Of a DNA stretch of 64,000 nt, positions 46,835 to 56,816 are shown piece by piece. Position numbers and translations under genes: made by a program. The DNA is taken from assembly GCA_964413365.1 (NCBI GenBank), contig CAYPRM010000006.1:446-64445 (forward strand). The letters run 5' to 3'. Source of the DNA: an uncultured Lachnospiraceae bacterium. GTDB taxonomy: Bacteria; Bacillota; Clostridia; Oscillospirales; CAG-272. The notes below the pieces were generated by a model. The model saw nothing but the letters and a program-made list of their open reading frames with translations, was not told the DNA's origin and searched no databases. Every line of letters begins with the position of its first letter. The stretch's first letter is position 1.

Positions 46835-47206
46835 ATGCTTCATCCAACCATCAAGGAACTTACTAAAGACGAATTCAACCGCTACGAGCTTGCTCTTGCA
46901 ACCGCTAAATGCGCACGCATCCTCACCGATGAGTACGTAAAGCAGAGAGAGGAATCGGAGAGAGCCATGATCGCCGTTAAGGAAGGCGACCGCGCGACCG
47001 CTCCCAAGGTAGACGACGATCTCAAGGACGAGAAGGCTATCAAGAACGCCATCACTCGCTTCTGGGACGGCAGATACGAGATCTACCGCGGCGAGGACGC
47101 AGAGGACGAGGAGACTGCTGAGCCTGTCGAGGTCGCAGAGGCTGTTGAGGCTGTTGAGACTGTTGAGGCAGAGGCAGAAACGTCCGACGAGGGACAGGCA
47201 GAGTAA
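46835..47206 (+). CDS. rpoZ: DNA-directed RNA polymerase subunit omega with an acidic repeat tail
   Basis: NRYELALATAKCARIL. The tail contains a 9-nt tandem repeat, GAGGCTGTT x3 (AVE units). Confidence 0.9.
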   Translation: MLHPTIKELTKDEFNRYELALATAKCARILTDEYVKQREESERAMIAVKEGDRATAPKVDDDLKDEKAIKNAITRFWDGRYEIYRGEDAEDEETAEPVEVAEAVEAVETVEAEAETSDEGQAE

Positions 47207-47225
47207 TTCGAGCTTACAACAGCAT

Positions 47226-47257
47226 GATCGGCGGAGATAGCTCTCCGCTGATCTTTT
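47226..47257 (+). terminator. hairpin plus T4 after rpoZ (attenuating terminator candidate)
   Basis: GATCGGCGGAGA-TAGC-TCTCCGCTGATC followed by TTTT. Confidence 0.6.
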
Positions 47258-47288
47258 GACGATCACAGAATGAAGAAGGGAGAGGGGT

Positions 47289-49775
47289 ATGGAGAACCGC
47301 TACGCAAGGGTATATCTTCTTGACAATCCGTATTGCATAGATACGGAATATACGTATTTCATTCCCCACGATCTCTCCTGCGTCATAATGCGCGGCTCGT
47401 TCGTGATCGTGCCATTCGGAGCCTCGAACAAGACGAGAGTCGGGCTTGTCGTTGCGCTGACGTCGGAAGAGCCGATGCACGGACGCACGAAGGCAATACG
47501 GGGACTTGCAAGTGAGGAGATAGCGCTCACGGAGAAGGAGATCGGACTCTGCCTCTTTATGAAGGAGAACACGCTCTGCACCGTGGGAGACGCCGTGCGT
47601 GCGATGATCCCATCGGGCGCGCTCTCGGAGATCGTTACGATATACAGAGCGGTCGAGGGTGCGGTCTGCGATGAAAATGACAGGTACGCACAGATATTTG
47701 ACCTCATACGCAGTCAGGAGAGCGTCAGCAGCCACGTGCTGAACGAAAAATTCGGCATCGGTGCAGCCTCTGCCACCTCATCCCTCTTGCACAGGGGGCT
47801 TATCGAGAGGGATTCCGTAATCAAGAGCAAGGCGGTCGGCAAGGAGAAGAAATACTACCTGCTCGCCGTCGACAATTCCGCTCTCGCTTCCCTGCTCGGC
47901 ACGTCCTCCCCAACGCCCGAATACAAAAAGCTCCGCTCCAAGATCCAGGCGGAGATACTCTCGTTTCTTTCCATGCGTGAGCGTGCTTCGGCTGACGAGA
48001 TACGCGAGGAGTTTGGCGATGCTCCCTCCCAGCTCTCCGCCCTTCTGAAGAAGGGCTACATCGTATGTGAGAGCGAGATCGTCTATCGCAATCCCTACGA
48101 GGGGAAGGCAAGACAGAACCACGCAAGAGAGCTTGAGCTATCCGATGAGCAGAGCAAGGCTCTCGGCACGCTTACGGCGCTTCTTGACGCACAAAAGCCT
48201 TCCTGCGCGCTCCTTCACGGAGTTACGGGCAGTGGCAAGACCTGCGTTATGATGAAGCTCATAGACCGTGCGCTCGCCTCAGGCAAGGGCGTCATAATGC
48301 TCATTCCCGAAATATCGCTCACGCCGCAGACGGTCGAGCTTTTCTGCTCGCGCTACGGCACGCGCGTGGCGATAATACACTCCTCCCTCTCGCAGGGCGA
48401 GCGGCTCGATGCATTTATGCGTATCCGCCGAGGAGAGGCAGATCTCGTTATCGGAACGAGGAGCGCGATATTCTCACCCGTGCGTGATCTCGGGCTGATA
48501 ATTATCGACGAGGAGCAGGAGCACACATACAAATCCGATTCAAATCCCAAATATCACGCGAGAGATATCGCAAGGTACAGATGCGCAGGGACTGATTCCC
48601 TTCTTCTGCTCGCAAGTGCGACTCCCTCGCTCGAAAGCTATAAAAAGGCTCGCGACGGCACATATACCCTCGTTGAGCTCAGCTCTCGCTACGGAGCGGC
48701 GGTGCTCCCGAGCGTGGAGCTTGCGGATATGCGCGAGGAGATAAGGGCAGGCAATTCTTCCCCGCTCTCCCTCCCCCTGATCGACGCCATAGGCACGGCA
48801 CTTTATCGGGGCGAGCAGAGTATTCTTTTTCTCAACAGGCGCGGATATCACAATTTTCTAAGCTGCACCTCATGCGGAGCGGCGATAAAGTGCCCCTCCT
48901 GCTCGGTCTCCATGACGTACCACACCGACAGGCTCTACCGCAAGGGTGAACTCGTCTGCCATTGGTGCGGAAGGCGCATGCCCGTTCCGACCTCGTGTCC
49001 CGAGTGCGGTGCGGAGCATATAAAGCCGATGGGTGCAGGCATACAGCTCGTTGAAAAAACGCTGTCCGAGCTGTTTCCGACAGCAAGGATAATAAGAATG
49101 GACACCGACACCGCCTCCACAAAGCACGCCTACGACACGATGCTCGGAGATTTCAGGGCGCACCGTGCGGATATACTGATAGGCACGCAGATGGTAACGA
49201 AGGGACACGACTTTCCCGACGTTACGCTCGTCGGAGTGCTCAATGCCGACACCTCGCTCTACCTCAACGATTACCGCGCGAACGAGCGCACATTCTCGAT
49301 GCTCACGCAGGTCGTCGGACGTGCAGGCAGGGGCGAGAAGGCAGGTCGTGCGCTGATACAGACCTCAAGCCCCGATAACGACGTTATCACACTCGCTTGC
49401 CGTCAGGATTACAAGGCGTTTTTTGAAAACGAGATAATGACGCGAAGGCTGACCTCCTTCCCTCCCTTCTGCGATATTGCCCTTCTGACTCTCTCGGGTA
49501 CGGTGGAGAGCGCCGTGATCAAGGACGCTTCCATGCTCTCGGATATGATACGGGAGAGGGTGAGCGGAGAGTTCTCGGGAATACCCATCGTCTGCTACGG
49601 GCCGTTTGAAGCACCCGTATACAAGATTGACGGCAGGTACAGAATGAGAATGGTGATAAAGTGCAAGCTGAACAAGCAGACACGGGCGCTGCTCTCGGGA
49701 ATATATGCGGAATTTAACAAGCGAAAAAGGACGGAGCCACAGCTCTCCATAGATCTCAACCCGTCCTCACTCTGA
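47289..49775 (+). CDS. priA: primosomal protein N' (replication restart helicase)
   Basis: GVTGSGKT, DEEQ, and Cys-rich zinc-binding region CTSCGAAIKCPSC...CHWCG...CPECG. Confidence 0.95.
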   Translation: MENRYARVYLLDNPYCIDTEYTYFIPHDLSCVIMRGSFVIVPFGASNKTRVGLVVALTSEEPMHGRTKAIRGLASEEIALTEKEIGLCLFMKENTLCTVGDAVRAMIPSGALSEIVTIYRAVEGAVCDENDRYAQIFDLIRSQESVSSHVLNEKFGIGAASATSSLLHRGLIERDSVIKSKAVGKEKKYYLLAVDNSALASLLGTSSPTPEYKKLRSKIQAEILSFLSMRERASADEIREEFGDAPSQLSALLKKGYIVCESEIVYRNPYEGKARQNHARELELSDEQSKALGTLTALLDAQKPSCALLHGVTGSGKTCVMMKLIDRALASGKGVIMLIPEISLTPQTVELFCSRYGTRVAIIHSSLSQGERLDAFMRIRRGEADLVIGTRSAIFSPVRDLGLIIIDEEQEHTYKSDSNPKYHARDIARYRCAGTDSLLLLASATPSLESYKKARDGTYTLVELSSRYGAAVLPSVELADMREEIRAGNSSPLSLPLIDAIGTALYRGEQSILFLNRRGYHNFLSCTSCGAAIKCPSCSVSMTYHTDRLYRKGELVCHWCGRRMPVPTSCPECGAEHIKPMGAGIQLVEKTLSELFPTARIIRMDTDTASTKHAYDTMLGDFRAHRADILIGTQMVTKGHDFPDVTLVGVLNADTSLYLNDYRANERTFSMLTQVVGRAGRGEKAGRALIQTSSPDNDVITLACRQDYKAFFENEIMTRRLTSFPPFCDIALLTLSGTVESAVIKDASMLSDMIRERVSGEFSGIPIVCYGPFEAPVYKIDGRYRMRMVIKCKLNKQTRALLSGIYAEFNKRKRTEPQLSIDLNPSSL

Positions 49776-49797
49776 TACAGCACGAAAGGATGTAAAA

Positions 49798-50265
49798 ATG
49801 GCAAGATTGAATATAGTAAAGGTCGGCGACGACGTTCTCAGGAAGAGATGCCGTCCCGTTGATGAAATAACCCCAAGGATCTTACAACTGCTCGACGATA
49901 TGGCGCAGACGATGAGAGAGGCACAGGGTGTCGGACTCGCCGCTCCGCAGGTCGGAGTGCTCCGCAGGATCGCCGTTGTCGAGGTCGAGGAGGGACAGCT
50001 TTACGAGCTGATAAATCCCAAGATCATCGCCTACGCAGGCGAGCAGGAGGGCACGGAGGGCTGTCTTTCCGTTCCCAACAAGTGGGGTACGGTGAAGCGT
50101 CCGATGCACGTTACCGTTCGCGCCACGGACAGGCACGGCAAGGAATTTGAGGTCAACGCCTCCGAATTTTTGGCTCGCGCCTTCTGCCACGAGATAGATC
50201 ATCTCGACGGCAAACTCTATACCGATATCGCCACGAGCATCGAGACCGTCGAGGCGGACGACTGA
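49798..50265 (+). CDS. def: peptide deformylase
   Basis: GVGLAAPQ, EGCLS, HEIDH motifs. Confidence 0.97.
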   Translation: MARLNIVKVGDDVLRKRCRPVDEITPRILQLLDDMAQTMREAQGVGLAAPQVGVLRRIAVVEVEEGQLYELINPKIIAYAGEQEGTEGCLSVPNKWGTVKRPMHVTVRATDRHGKEFEVNASEFLARAFCHEIDHLDGKLYTDIATSIETVEADD

Positions 50266-50279
50266 TCGGAGGGTACGAA

Positions 50280-51218
50280 ATGAAGATACTTTTTATGGGC
50301 ACGCCCGATTTCGCGCTCTGCTCCCTCAGAGCACTCTGTGAGAGAAGTGAGCACGAGATAGTCGGCGTCGTAACTCAACCCGACAAGCCCCGCGGACGCG
50401 GATACACGTTGACTCCTCCGCCCGTCAAGGTCTATGCACTCGAGCGCGGACTTCGCGTTCTTCAGCCTGCGACCTTACGAAGTGAGGAATTTTCCGCCAC
50501 CCTCGCAGAGCTGTCCCCCGATCTTATTGCCGTGGTCGCATACGGCAAGATATTACCGCTAAGTGTGCTCGAATATCCCAAATACGGCTGTGTGAATGTA
50601 CACGGCTCGCTCCTTCCCGAGTACCGCGGTGCCGCTCCCATGCAAAGGGCGATCATCGACGGCAAGACAGTAACGGGCATTACCACGATGTATATGGCGG
50701 AGGGACTTGACACGGGCGATATGCTTTTGCGTGCGGAGTGCGAGATAGGCGAGAATGACGATTTTGAGATCGTTCACGACCGTCTTGCGTCCCTCGGTGC
50801 GGATCTGCTGCTTAAGACCGTTGAGGGGCTTGAGCGTGGCGAGATCACCCCGATACCGCAGGACGAGAGCCTTGCCACCCACACGTCAAAGATAACCAAG
50901 GAGGACTGCCTTGTCAGCTTCGACAACGACTGCATGACGGTCCACAATCTGATAAGAGGGCTTTCCCCAATCCCCCTTGCCTTCACTCACACCCCCGACG
51001 GAAGGCTCTTAAAGCTCGTCCGCTCCGAGATCTGCGAGCGTGAGGAGCTTCACAGCGAGCCGGGAAGGGTGCTGTCCATCGACGGCGGCAGGATACGCAT
51101 AGCCTGTGCGCGCGGCTCTGTCAATATACTTACCCTGCTTCCCGAGGGTAAGTCGAAAATGAGCGCGGCAGATTTTATAAGAGGAAGAAAGATCTCCGTT
51201 GGAGATATTTTGAAATAA
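50280..51218 (+). CDS. fmt: methionyl-tRNA formyltransferase
   Basis: FMGTPDFA, NVHGSLLP.YRGAAP. Confidence 0.96.
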   Translation: MKILFMGTPDFALCSLRALCERSEHEIVGVVTQPDKPRGRGYTLTPPPVKVYALERGLRVLQPATLRSEEFSATLAELSPDLIAVVAYGKILPLSVLEYPKYGCVNVHGSLLPEYRGAAPMQRAIIDGKTVTGITTMYMAEGLDTGDMLLRAECEIGENDDFEIVHDRLASLGADLLLKTVEGLERGEITPIPQDESLATHTSKITKEDCLVSFDNDCMTVHNLIRGLSPIPLAFTHTPDGRLLKLVRSEICEREELHSEPGRVLSIDGGRIRIACARGSVNILTLLPEGKSKMSAADFIRGRKISVGDILK

Positions 51219-51233
51219 CAGGTGGGACACGAA

Positions 51234-52550
51234 ATGAAGAACAACGTATCCTCCCGTGCGCTTGCGCTGGAGGTGCTCGAGAGATGCGAGAGCGGTGGGT
51301 ATTCCTCAATAACGCTCGACACGGCAATAAAGAGAAGCTCCCTCTCCCCTGCCGACAGGGCTCTGCTAACTGCACTGACCTACGGCACGATAGAGAGAAG
51401 GAACACGCTCGACTGTGTAATATCCTCCCTCTCATCGCTCCCCGACGAAAAAATAGACACGAAAACAAGGTGCATATTGCGGCTCGGTCTATACCAGCTC
51501 GCGTATATGGACAGGATCCCCGACTTCGCCGCGATAAACGAGACCGTCTCGCTCGCTCCGAAGCGGTCGAGGGGCTTTGTCAATGCGATCCTCCGCTCCT
51601 TTGTGCGTGGAGGACGTAAAATAGAGCTTCCCGACGGGATCAAGGGCGATCCCGTCCGCCACCTCTCCTGCACATCGTCCGTCAGCGAGAGTGTTGCACG
51701 TGCGCTGCTTGAGGTGTACAGCCTTGAGGACTGCAAGAGGATGCTCGATACGGACAGCGTCGCGCCGATCACGCTGCGCACAAATACATTAAGGTGCACG
51801 CGCGACGATCTGTTGGAAAAATTGATAAAAAAATACCCCACGGCACGCCCCACAAAATTCTCCCCCGACGGCATAGTACTTGACAGTGCCGCGGTAACGG
51901 AGCTTACGGAGCTTGGGGACGGACTTGCGTCCGTGCAGGACGAGGCATCGCAGATATGTGTGCGTGCGCTCGGTGCTGCACGTGGAGACACGGTATACGA
52001 TGTCTGCGCGTGCCCCGGCTCAAAAAGCTTCGGTGCGGCAATGACAATGGAAAACGAGGGCAAGGTCCTTGCCTTCGACATACACAGGAGCAAGCTCTCC
52101 CTCGTTGAGCGCGGTGCTGCGCGGCTCGGGATATCCATTATCTCTGTCGACGCGCACGATGCGAGGGACGAGATAGCGGAGCTTGTAGGAACGGCGGATC
52201 GCGTGATCTGCGACGTTCCCTGCTCCGGACTTGGGGTTCTCGCAAAGAAGCCCGAGATACGGTACAAGGATATGGGCGAGTGTGCTCCCCTGCCGAAAAT
52301 ACAGCTTGATATTCTCGAAAACGCTTCTAAATATCTAAAGGTCGGCGGTGTGCTCGTCTACTCGACCTGCACCGTTCTGCCTGCCGAAAACGAGAAAAAT
52401 ATTCAAAAATTCCTCGCCGCGCACGGAAATTTTTCGCTCACTCCCTTCTCTGTGGGTGGGCTTGATGCGGAGAGTGGCATGATCACCCTCCTGCCCCACG
52501 TTCACGGCACGGACGGATTTTTTATAGCAAGGCTGACAAGAAATTTTTAA
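51234..52550 (+). CDS. rsmB: 16S rRNA (cytosine967-C5)-methyltransferase
   Basis: NusB-like N-terminus. DVCACPGSKS, DVPCSG, YSTCT motifs. Confidence 0.92.
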   Translation: MKNNVSSRALALEVLERCESGGYSSITLDTAIKRSSLSPADRALLTALTYGTIERRNTLDCVISSLSSLPDEKIDTKTRCILRLGLYQLAYMDRIPDFAAINETVSLAPKRSRGFVNAILRSFVRGGRKIELPDGIKGDPVRHLSCTSSVSESVARALLEVYSLEDCKRMLDTDSVAPITLRTNTLRCTRDDLLEKLIKKYPTARPTKFSPDGIVLDSAAVTELTELGDGLASVQDEASQICVRALGAARGDTVYDVCACPGSKSFGAAMTMENEGKVLAFDIHRSKLSLVERGAARLGISIISVDAHDARDEIAELVGTADRVICDVPCSGLGVLAKKPEIRYKDMGECAPLPKIQLDILENASKYLKVGGVLVYSTCTVLPAENEKNIQKFLAAHGNFSLTPFSVGGLDAESGMITLLPHVHGTDGFFIARLTRNF

Positions 52551-52618
52551 GCATTTGGGAAGGAGAGGCTTGGACTCTCTACCTATAAATCACGTTAAAT
52601 TCACGAAAGGAGGCAGAT

Positions 52619-53716
52619 ATGCAGGATCTTCTGAGCATGACGCCCGAGGAGCTCACGGAGCTTTTGATCTCAATAGGCGAGCCGAAATTCAGGGCAAAGC
52701 AGATATTCTCGCCGATGCACCGCGGCATCTCGCCCGAGAGCCTTACCACTCTCTCCGCATCGACCAAGCAAGGGCTGATGTCCGTCGCATACTACCGCCT
52801 CCCAAGGGTGAGGCGCAAGCTCGTCTCGGAGCTTGACGGCACGGTGAAATACCTCTTTGAGCTATACGACGGAAACTGCGTCGAGAGCGTCGTTATGAGG
52901 TACGAGCACGGCACGACGATATGCATCTCCAGCCAGATAGGGTGCAGGATGGGCTGTGCCTTCTGCGCGTCGACCATCGGCGGCAGGGTGCGCGATCTCG
53001 CTCCCTCCGAGCTTCTCGGTCAGATCATCGCCGCAGAGGCGGATCTCGGCGAGAGGATCGACGGCGTTGTCATGATGGGTATCGGTGAGCCGCTCGACAA
53101 CTACGACAATGTAATAAAGTTCCTCCGTCTCGTCGGTCATCCCGAGGGACTGAACATCGGCTATCGCCACATCTCCCTCTCCACCTGCGGACTTGTGGAC
53201 AAGATATACAGGCTCGCGGATGAGGGCTTCCCGATAACCCTCTCCATCTCACTCCACGCCGCAAACGACGAAAAGCGGAGCAGGATAATGCCCGTCAACC
53301 GCGCGTGGGGGATCGACAAGCTCCTGAGTGCGTGCCGTGATTATTTCGAGCGGACGGGCAGGCGGATCTCCTTTGAATACACTCTCATCTCGGGCGAGAA
53401 CGATTCCGAGTCCGATGCGACAGAGCTTGCGTCAAAACTGAATTCAAGTCTTCGCACGCGAACCACCACCATGCCAATACACGTCAATCTCATTCCCGTC
53501 AACCCCGTCAAGGAAACGGGCTTTGTCAGGAGCGACCGTGCCCGTGTCAAGGCGTTCGCCGCCGCTCTCGAAAAGCGTGGCATACGCGCGACCGTGCGCA
53601 GGACTCTCGGTGCGGATATCAACGCCTCCTGCGGTCAGCTTCGCCGCGACGAGATCGAGATACAAAAGGAAGCAGAAAATACACAAAATAAAAAGCAGAA
53701 CAAGGAGGGACTATGA
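52619..53716 (+). CDS. rlmN: 23S rRNA/tRNA (adenine-C2)-methyltransferase, radical SAM
   Basis: CRMGCAFCAS cluster, MGIGEPL, and the conserved C-terminal Cys (INASCGQL). Confidence 0.95.
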   Translation: MQDLLSMTPEELTELLISIGEPKFRAKQIFSPMHRGISPESLTTLSASTKQGLMSVAYYRLPRVRRKLVSELDGTVKYLFELYDGNCVESVVMRYEHGTTICISSQIGCRMGCAFCASTIGGRVRDLAPSELLGQIIAAEADLGERIDGVVMMGIGEPLDNYDNVIKFLRLVGHPEGLNIGYRHISLSTCGLVDKIYRLADEGFPITLSISLHAANDEKRSRIMPVNRAWGIDKLLSACRDYFERTGRRISFEYTLISGENDSESDATELASKLNSSLRTRTTTMPIHVNLIPVNPVKETGFVRSDRARVKAFAAALEKRGIRATVRRTLGADINASCGQLRRDEIEIQKEAENTQNKKQNKEGL

Positions 53717-54486
53717 CCATATACGGACTTACCGATAAGGGACTCGTTCGCGAGGCGAATGAGGACAGCATAGGCATCTCCTGTCTGAAGAACGGAATGA
53801 CCATTGCCGTCGTCTGCGACGGAATGGGCGGTGCGGCGGGCGGAAGAATCGCCTCCGAGCTTGCAGAGGAGACCTTTATGAGCTATATGGTGCAGGCTTC
53901 TGCGGAGCTTGAGAGCGTGAATTTTGATGCAAAGCGTGTCAAGCAGGCGATCCTCGAGGCTATCTCCCGTGCAAATACCGCTCTTATCGAGCGTGCGCGT
54001 GAGGATCTCTCACTCTTTGGTATGGGCTGTACGCTCAATGCCGCAGTCTTTATCTCATCTCGCTCGAGGCTCTTTTTCGCAAACGTCGGAGACAGCCGCG
54101 CATACATGATAAGCAAACGCGAGATAAAGCAGCTCACGAAGGACCATTCCTACGTTCAGCTCCTGCTCGACAACAAGGAGATCACGAAGGAGGAGGCTGA
54201 GGATCACCCCCAGAAGAACCTCATCACCAAGGCACTCGGCATCAAGGAAGAGCTTGAGCCCGACATCTACGAGCGCAGGATCTATCCGAGGTCGGAAACG
54301 TATTTCCTGCTCTGCTCCGACGGACTCCACGGCTTGCTCCCACGCGAGACCTTGAAGCGAGTCGCACTCTCCAATATGAGCATACACGAAAAGGTCTTTA
54401 CCTATATAAGGCTTGCAAATGACGCGGGCGGATACGACAACATCTCCGCCATACTCATGTGCACCAAGGAAGGGGAGGTGAGCTGA
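53713..54486 (+). CDS. PP2C-family Ser/Thr phosphatase
   Basis: NEDS, CDGMGG, SDGL motifs. Overlaps the kinase start (ATGA). Confidence 0.92.
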   Translation: MTIYGLTDKGLVREANEDSIGISCLKNGMTIAVVCDGMGGAAGGRIASELAEETFMSYMVQASAELESVNFDAKRVKQAILEAISRANTALIERAREDLSLFGMGCTLNAAVFISSRSRLFFANVGDSRAYMISKREIKQLTKDHSYVQLLLDNKEITKEEAEDHPQKNLITKALGIKEELEPDIYERRIYPRSETYFLLCSDGLHGLLPRETLKRVALSNMSIHEKVFTYIRLANDAGGYDNISAILMCTKEGEVS

Positions 54487-55910
54487 TGAGTGCTTACGAT
54501 CCCTTCATAGGTCAGACCTTCGAGGGCAGATATACGATAATCAACGTTATCGGTATCGGCGGCATGGCAACGGTCTACGGCGCATACGATACGGTAACGG
54601 GACGCAGCGTTGCCATCAAGATGATGAGCAAGAAGCTTGAGCATAACGCAAAGCAGATAAGCCTCTTTGTCAACGAATCGACCGCCCTCTCCCTGCTCTC
54701 CCACCCCAATATCGTGCAGGTGTACAACACAGCGATCACCAACAGCACGAAATATATAATAATGGAATATGTCGACGGCATCACTCTGAAGAAGCATATC
54801 GACCACCGCGGTGCGCTCCCCGAGCGTGAGGTGCTGTACTATGCGACGCAGATACTCTCCGCCCTCGATTACATACATTCAAAGGGTATCGTCCATTGTG
54901 ACATCAAGCCGCAGAACATCATACTCCTGCAAAACGGAAGCATCAAGGTGGCGGATTTCGGTATCGCACGCCTCGACGCGATGCTCGATCACTCGGGCGA
55001 AAAGAGCGACGTCGCGCTCGGAACGGTCTACTACGTCAGCCCCGAGCAGGCGCAGGGCAAGGCACCGCGTGCGGAGAGCGATCTCTATTCGCTCGGCGTA
55101 ATGCTCTATGAGGCGATGACCAACCGCCTGCCCTTCTACCACGAGAGTGCCACCGAGGTCGCGAAGATGCAGATCAGCCGTGAGCCAACTCCACCGAGCG
55201 TTTACAGGCCCGACATCTCCGTCGGTCTTGAGCAGATAATCTTGCGTGCGATGGAGAAAAATCCCAAGAAACGCTACGCAAGTGCTACCGAAATGCTCAC
55301 GGACATACGTGCGCTGAGGCAGAATTCAAAGACCGTATTCGGCAACGAGAAAAATTCGAGCCGCTACCGCATAATTGAGCGAAAGCCCCACCAGAACGCC
55401 TCGAACGTTTCGAACAGGAGCATCTACCCTCTCAACGAGCGCGGTGCTAATTTCGCGGAAAATCAGGCGTACTTCAAGCGCATGACCTCGCACTCGGGAA
55501 TAGTTCCCAAGCAGGATTCGGACGCGATCGGAGCAGTATCGGGCACGGGCAGGACGCAGGTCGCCACGGGCAGAACACGTGTCCAAGGCACGGCAGGCAC
55601 TCGTCCGATCACGGGTAGCACGCAGATACCTCGCTCGCCCTCGGGAGCGATCCCAAGGTCGGCATCCCGTGAGCTTCCGAAGGCATCTAACACGATAATG
55701 CTCAGCGGCGACGATATCAAGAGCATCAAGAGGGACAGGTGGCTCTCCATCACACTCGGAGTGATAGCGGCACTTCTGCTCACACTACTTCTCGCCTTCG
55801 CAGTTTGGCATTTGATCCTGCCCGTCGGTGCGACGGACGGAGCGCGCGAGGGCTACTCTACACTAAAGGTGGTAACCGAATGGAACACAAAATACACGGA
55901 AAGATATTAA
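54486..55910 (+). CDS. Hanks-type Ser/Thr protein kinase (PrkC position) lacking PASTA domains
   Basis: GIGGMATVY, HCDIKPQN, DFG, SPEQ. A low-complexity linker, one TM segment, then only about 30 extracellular residues. Confidence 0.9.
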   Translation: MSAYDPFIGQTFEGRYTIINVIGIGGMATVYGAYDTVTGRSVAIKMMSKKLEHNAKQISLFVNESTALSLLSHPNIVQVYNTAITNSTKYIIMEYVDGITLKKHIDHRGALPEREVLYYATQILSALDYIHSKGIVHCDIKPQNIILLQNGSIKVADFGIARLDAMLDHSGEKSDVALGTVYYVSPEQAQGKAPRAESDLYSLGVMLYEAMTNRLPFYHESATEVAKMQISREPTPPSVYRPDISVGLEQIILRAMEKNPKKRYASATEMLTDIRALRQNSKTVFGNEKNSSRYRIIERKPHQNASNVSNRSIYPLNERGANFAENQAYFKRMTSHSGIVPKQDSDAIGAVSGTGRTQVATGRTRVQGTAGTRPITGSTQIPRSPSGAIPRSASRELPKASNTIMLSGDDIKSIKRDRWLSITLGVIAALLLTLLLAFAVWHLILPVGATDGAREGYSTLKVVTEWNTKYTERY

Positions 55911-56815
55911 AGGGCGTTGGAGGTCTTTACACCGTGAGGTGCGATGGCGAGGGGGAGCTGATCCTCTGCCACGCGGGCGGTGCGCTCAGGCACAACAATA
56001 TAAAGCCCCTTGTCGGCGATATGGTCGAGCTTGCCGTCGGTGAATCCTCAACGGACGACTCCGATGTCAGGATCTCGAGCATAGTCGAGAGACGGAATTC
56101 CCTCATACGTCCGCCGATAGCAAATCTTGACGTCATCTTCGTTACTATGGCGGCGGCGTCCCCGGAGCCCGTGCTCCCGACGGTGGATAAGCTCATCTGC
56201 ATCGCCGAGCACAACGGCATCGAGCCTGTGATCGTCATCGGAAAATGCGACCTCGCACCGAGCCGCGCCGAGGAGATAGCGAAGATATATCGCGGTGCAG
56301 GCTTCGACACCTTCACGCTCAGTGCAAAAAGCGGCGAGGGCGTCGGTGCGATCGCCGAATATATTGACACGCATTTGCGGGGCAAGACCGCCGCATTTGC
56401 AGGTGCGTCGGGTATAGGCAAATCCACGCTTCTCAATTCTCTTTTTCCCGACCTCTCGCTCACCACGAACACGATAAGCGAAAAGATAGGTCGCGGAAGG
56501 CACACCACGCGCCACGTCGAGCTATACCCGATAAGCGACCGCCCCGACAGCGGTTATATTGCAGACACCCCGGGCTTCTCCCTGCTCGATTTTGAACGCT
56601 TCAACTTCTTTGAGAAGGAGGATCTCGCCCTGAATATGCGTGAATTCCGCGAGTATATCGGAAAATGCCGTTATACCAAGTGCACGCACACCAAGGAGGA
56701 GGGCTGCGCGATACTTGAGGCGGTGAGGAACGGCAGGATCTCGCGCTCAAGGCACGAGAGCTTCCTTGAAATATATGCATCCCTCAAAAGCAAGAACAAA
56801 TGGGATAATAAATAA
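55880..56815 (+). CDS. rsgA: ribosome small-subunit-dependent GTPase A
   Basis: AAGGTGG RBS before MEHKIHGKILK. GASGIGKSTLLN. C-terminal zinc knuckle CRYTKCTHTKEEGC. Overlaps the kinase 3' end by 31 nt. Confidence 0.9.
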   Translation: MEHKIHGKILKGVGGLYTVRCDGEGELILCHAGGALRHNNIKPLVGDMVELAVGESSTDDSDVRISSIVERRNSLIRPPIANLDVIFVTMAAASPEPVLPTVDKLICIAEHNGIEPVIVIGKCDLAPSRAEEIAKIYRGAGFDTFTLSAKSGEGVGAIAEYIDTHLRGKTAAFAGASGIGKSTLLNSLFPDLSLTTNTISEKIGRGRHTTRHVELYPISDRPDSGYIADTPGFSLLDFERFNFFEKEDLALNMREFREYIGKCRYTKCTHTKEEGCAILEAVRNGRISRSRHESFLEIYASLKSKNKWDNK

Positions 56816-56816
56816 T

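Noticed and set aside
55739-55879. Upstream extension of the rsgA ORF.
   Set aside because: It lies inside the kinase gene in another frame. AAGGTGG precedes the ATG at 55880.
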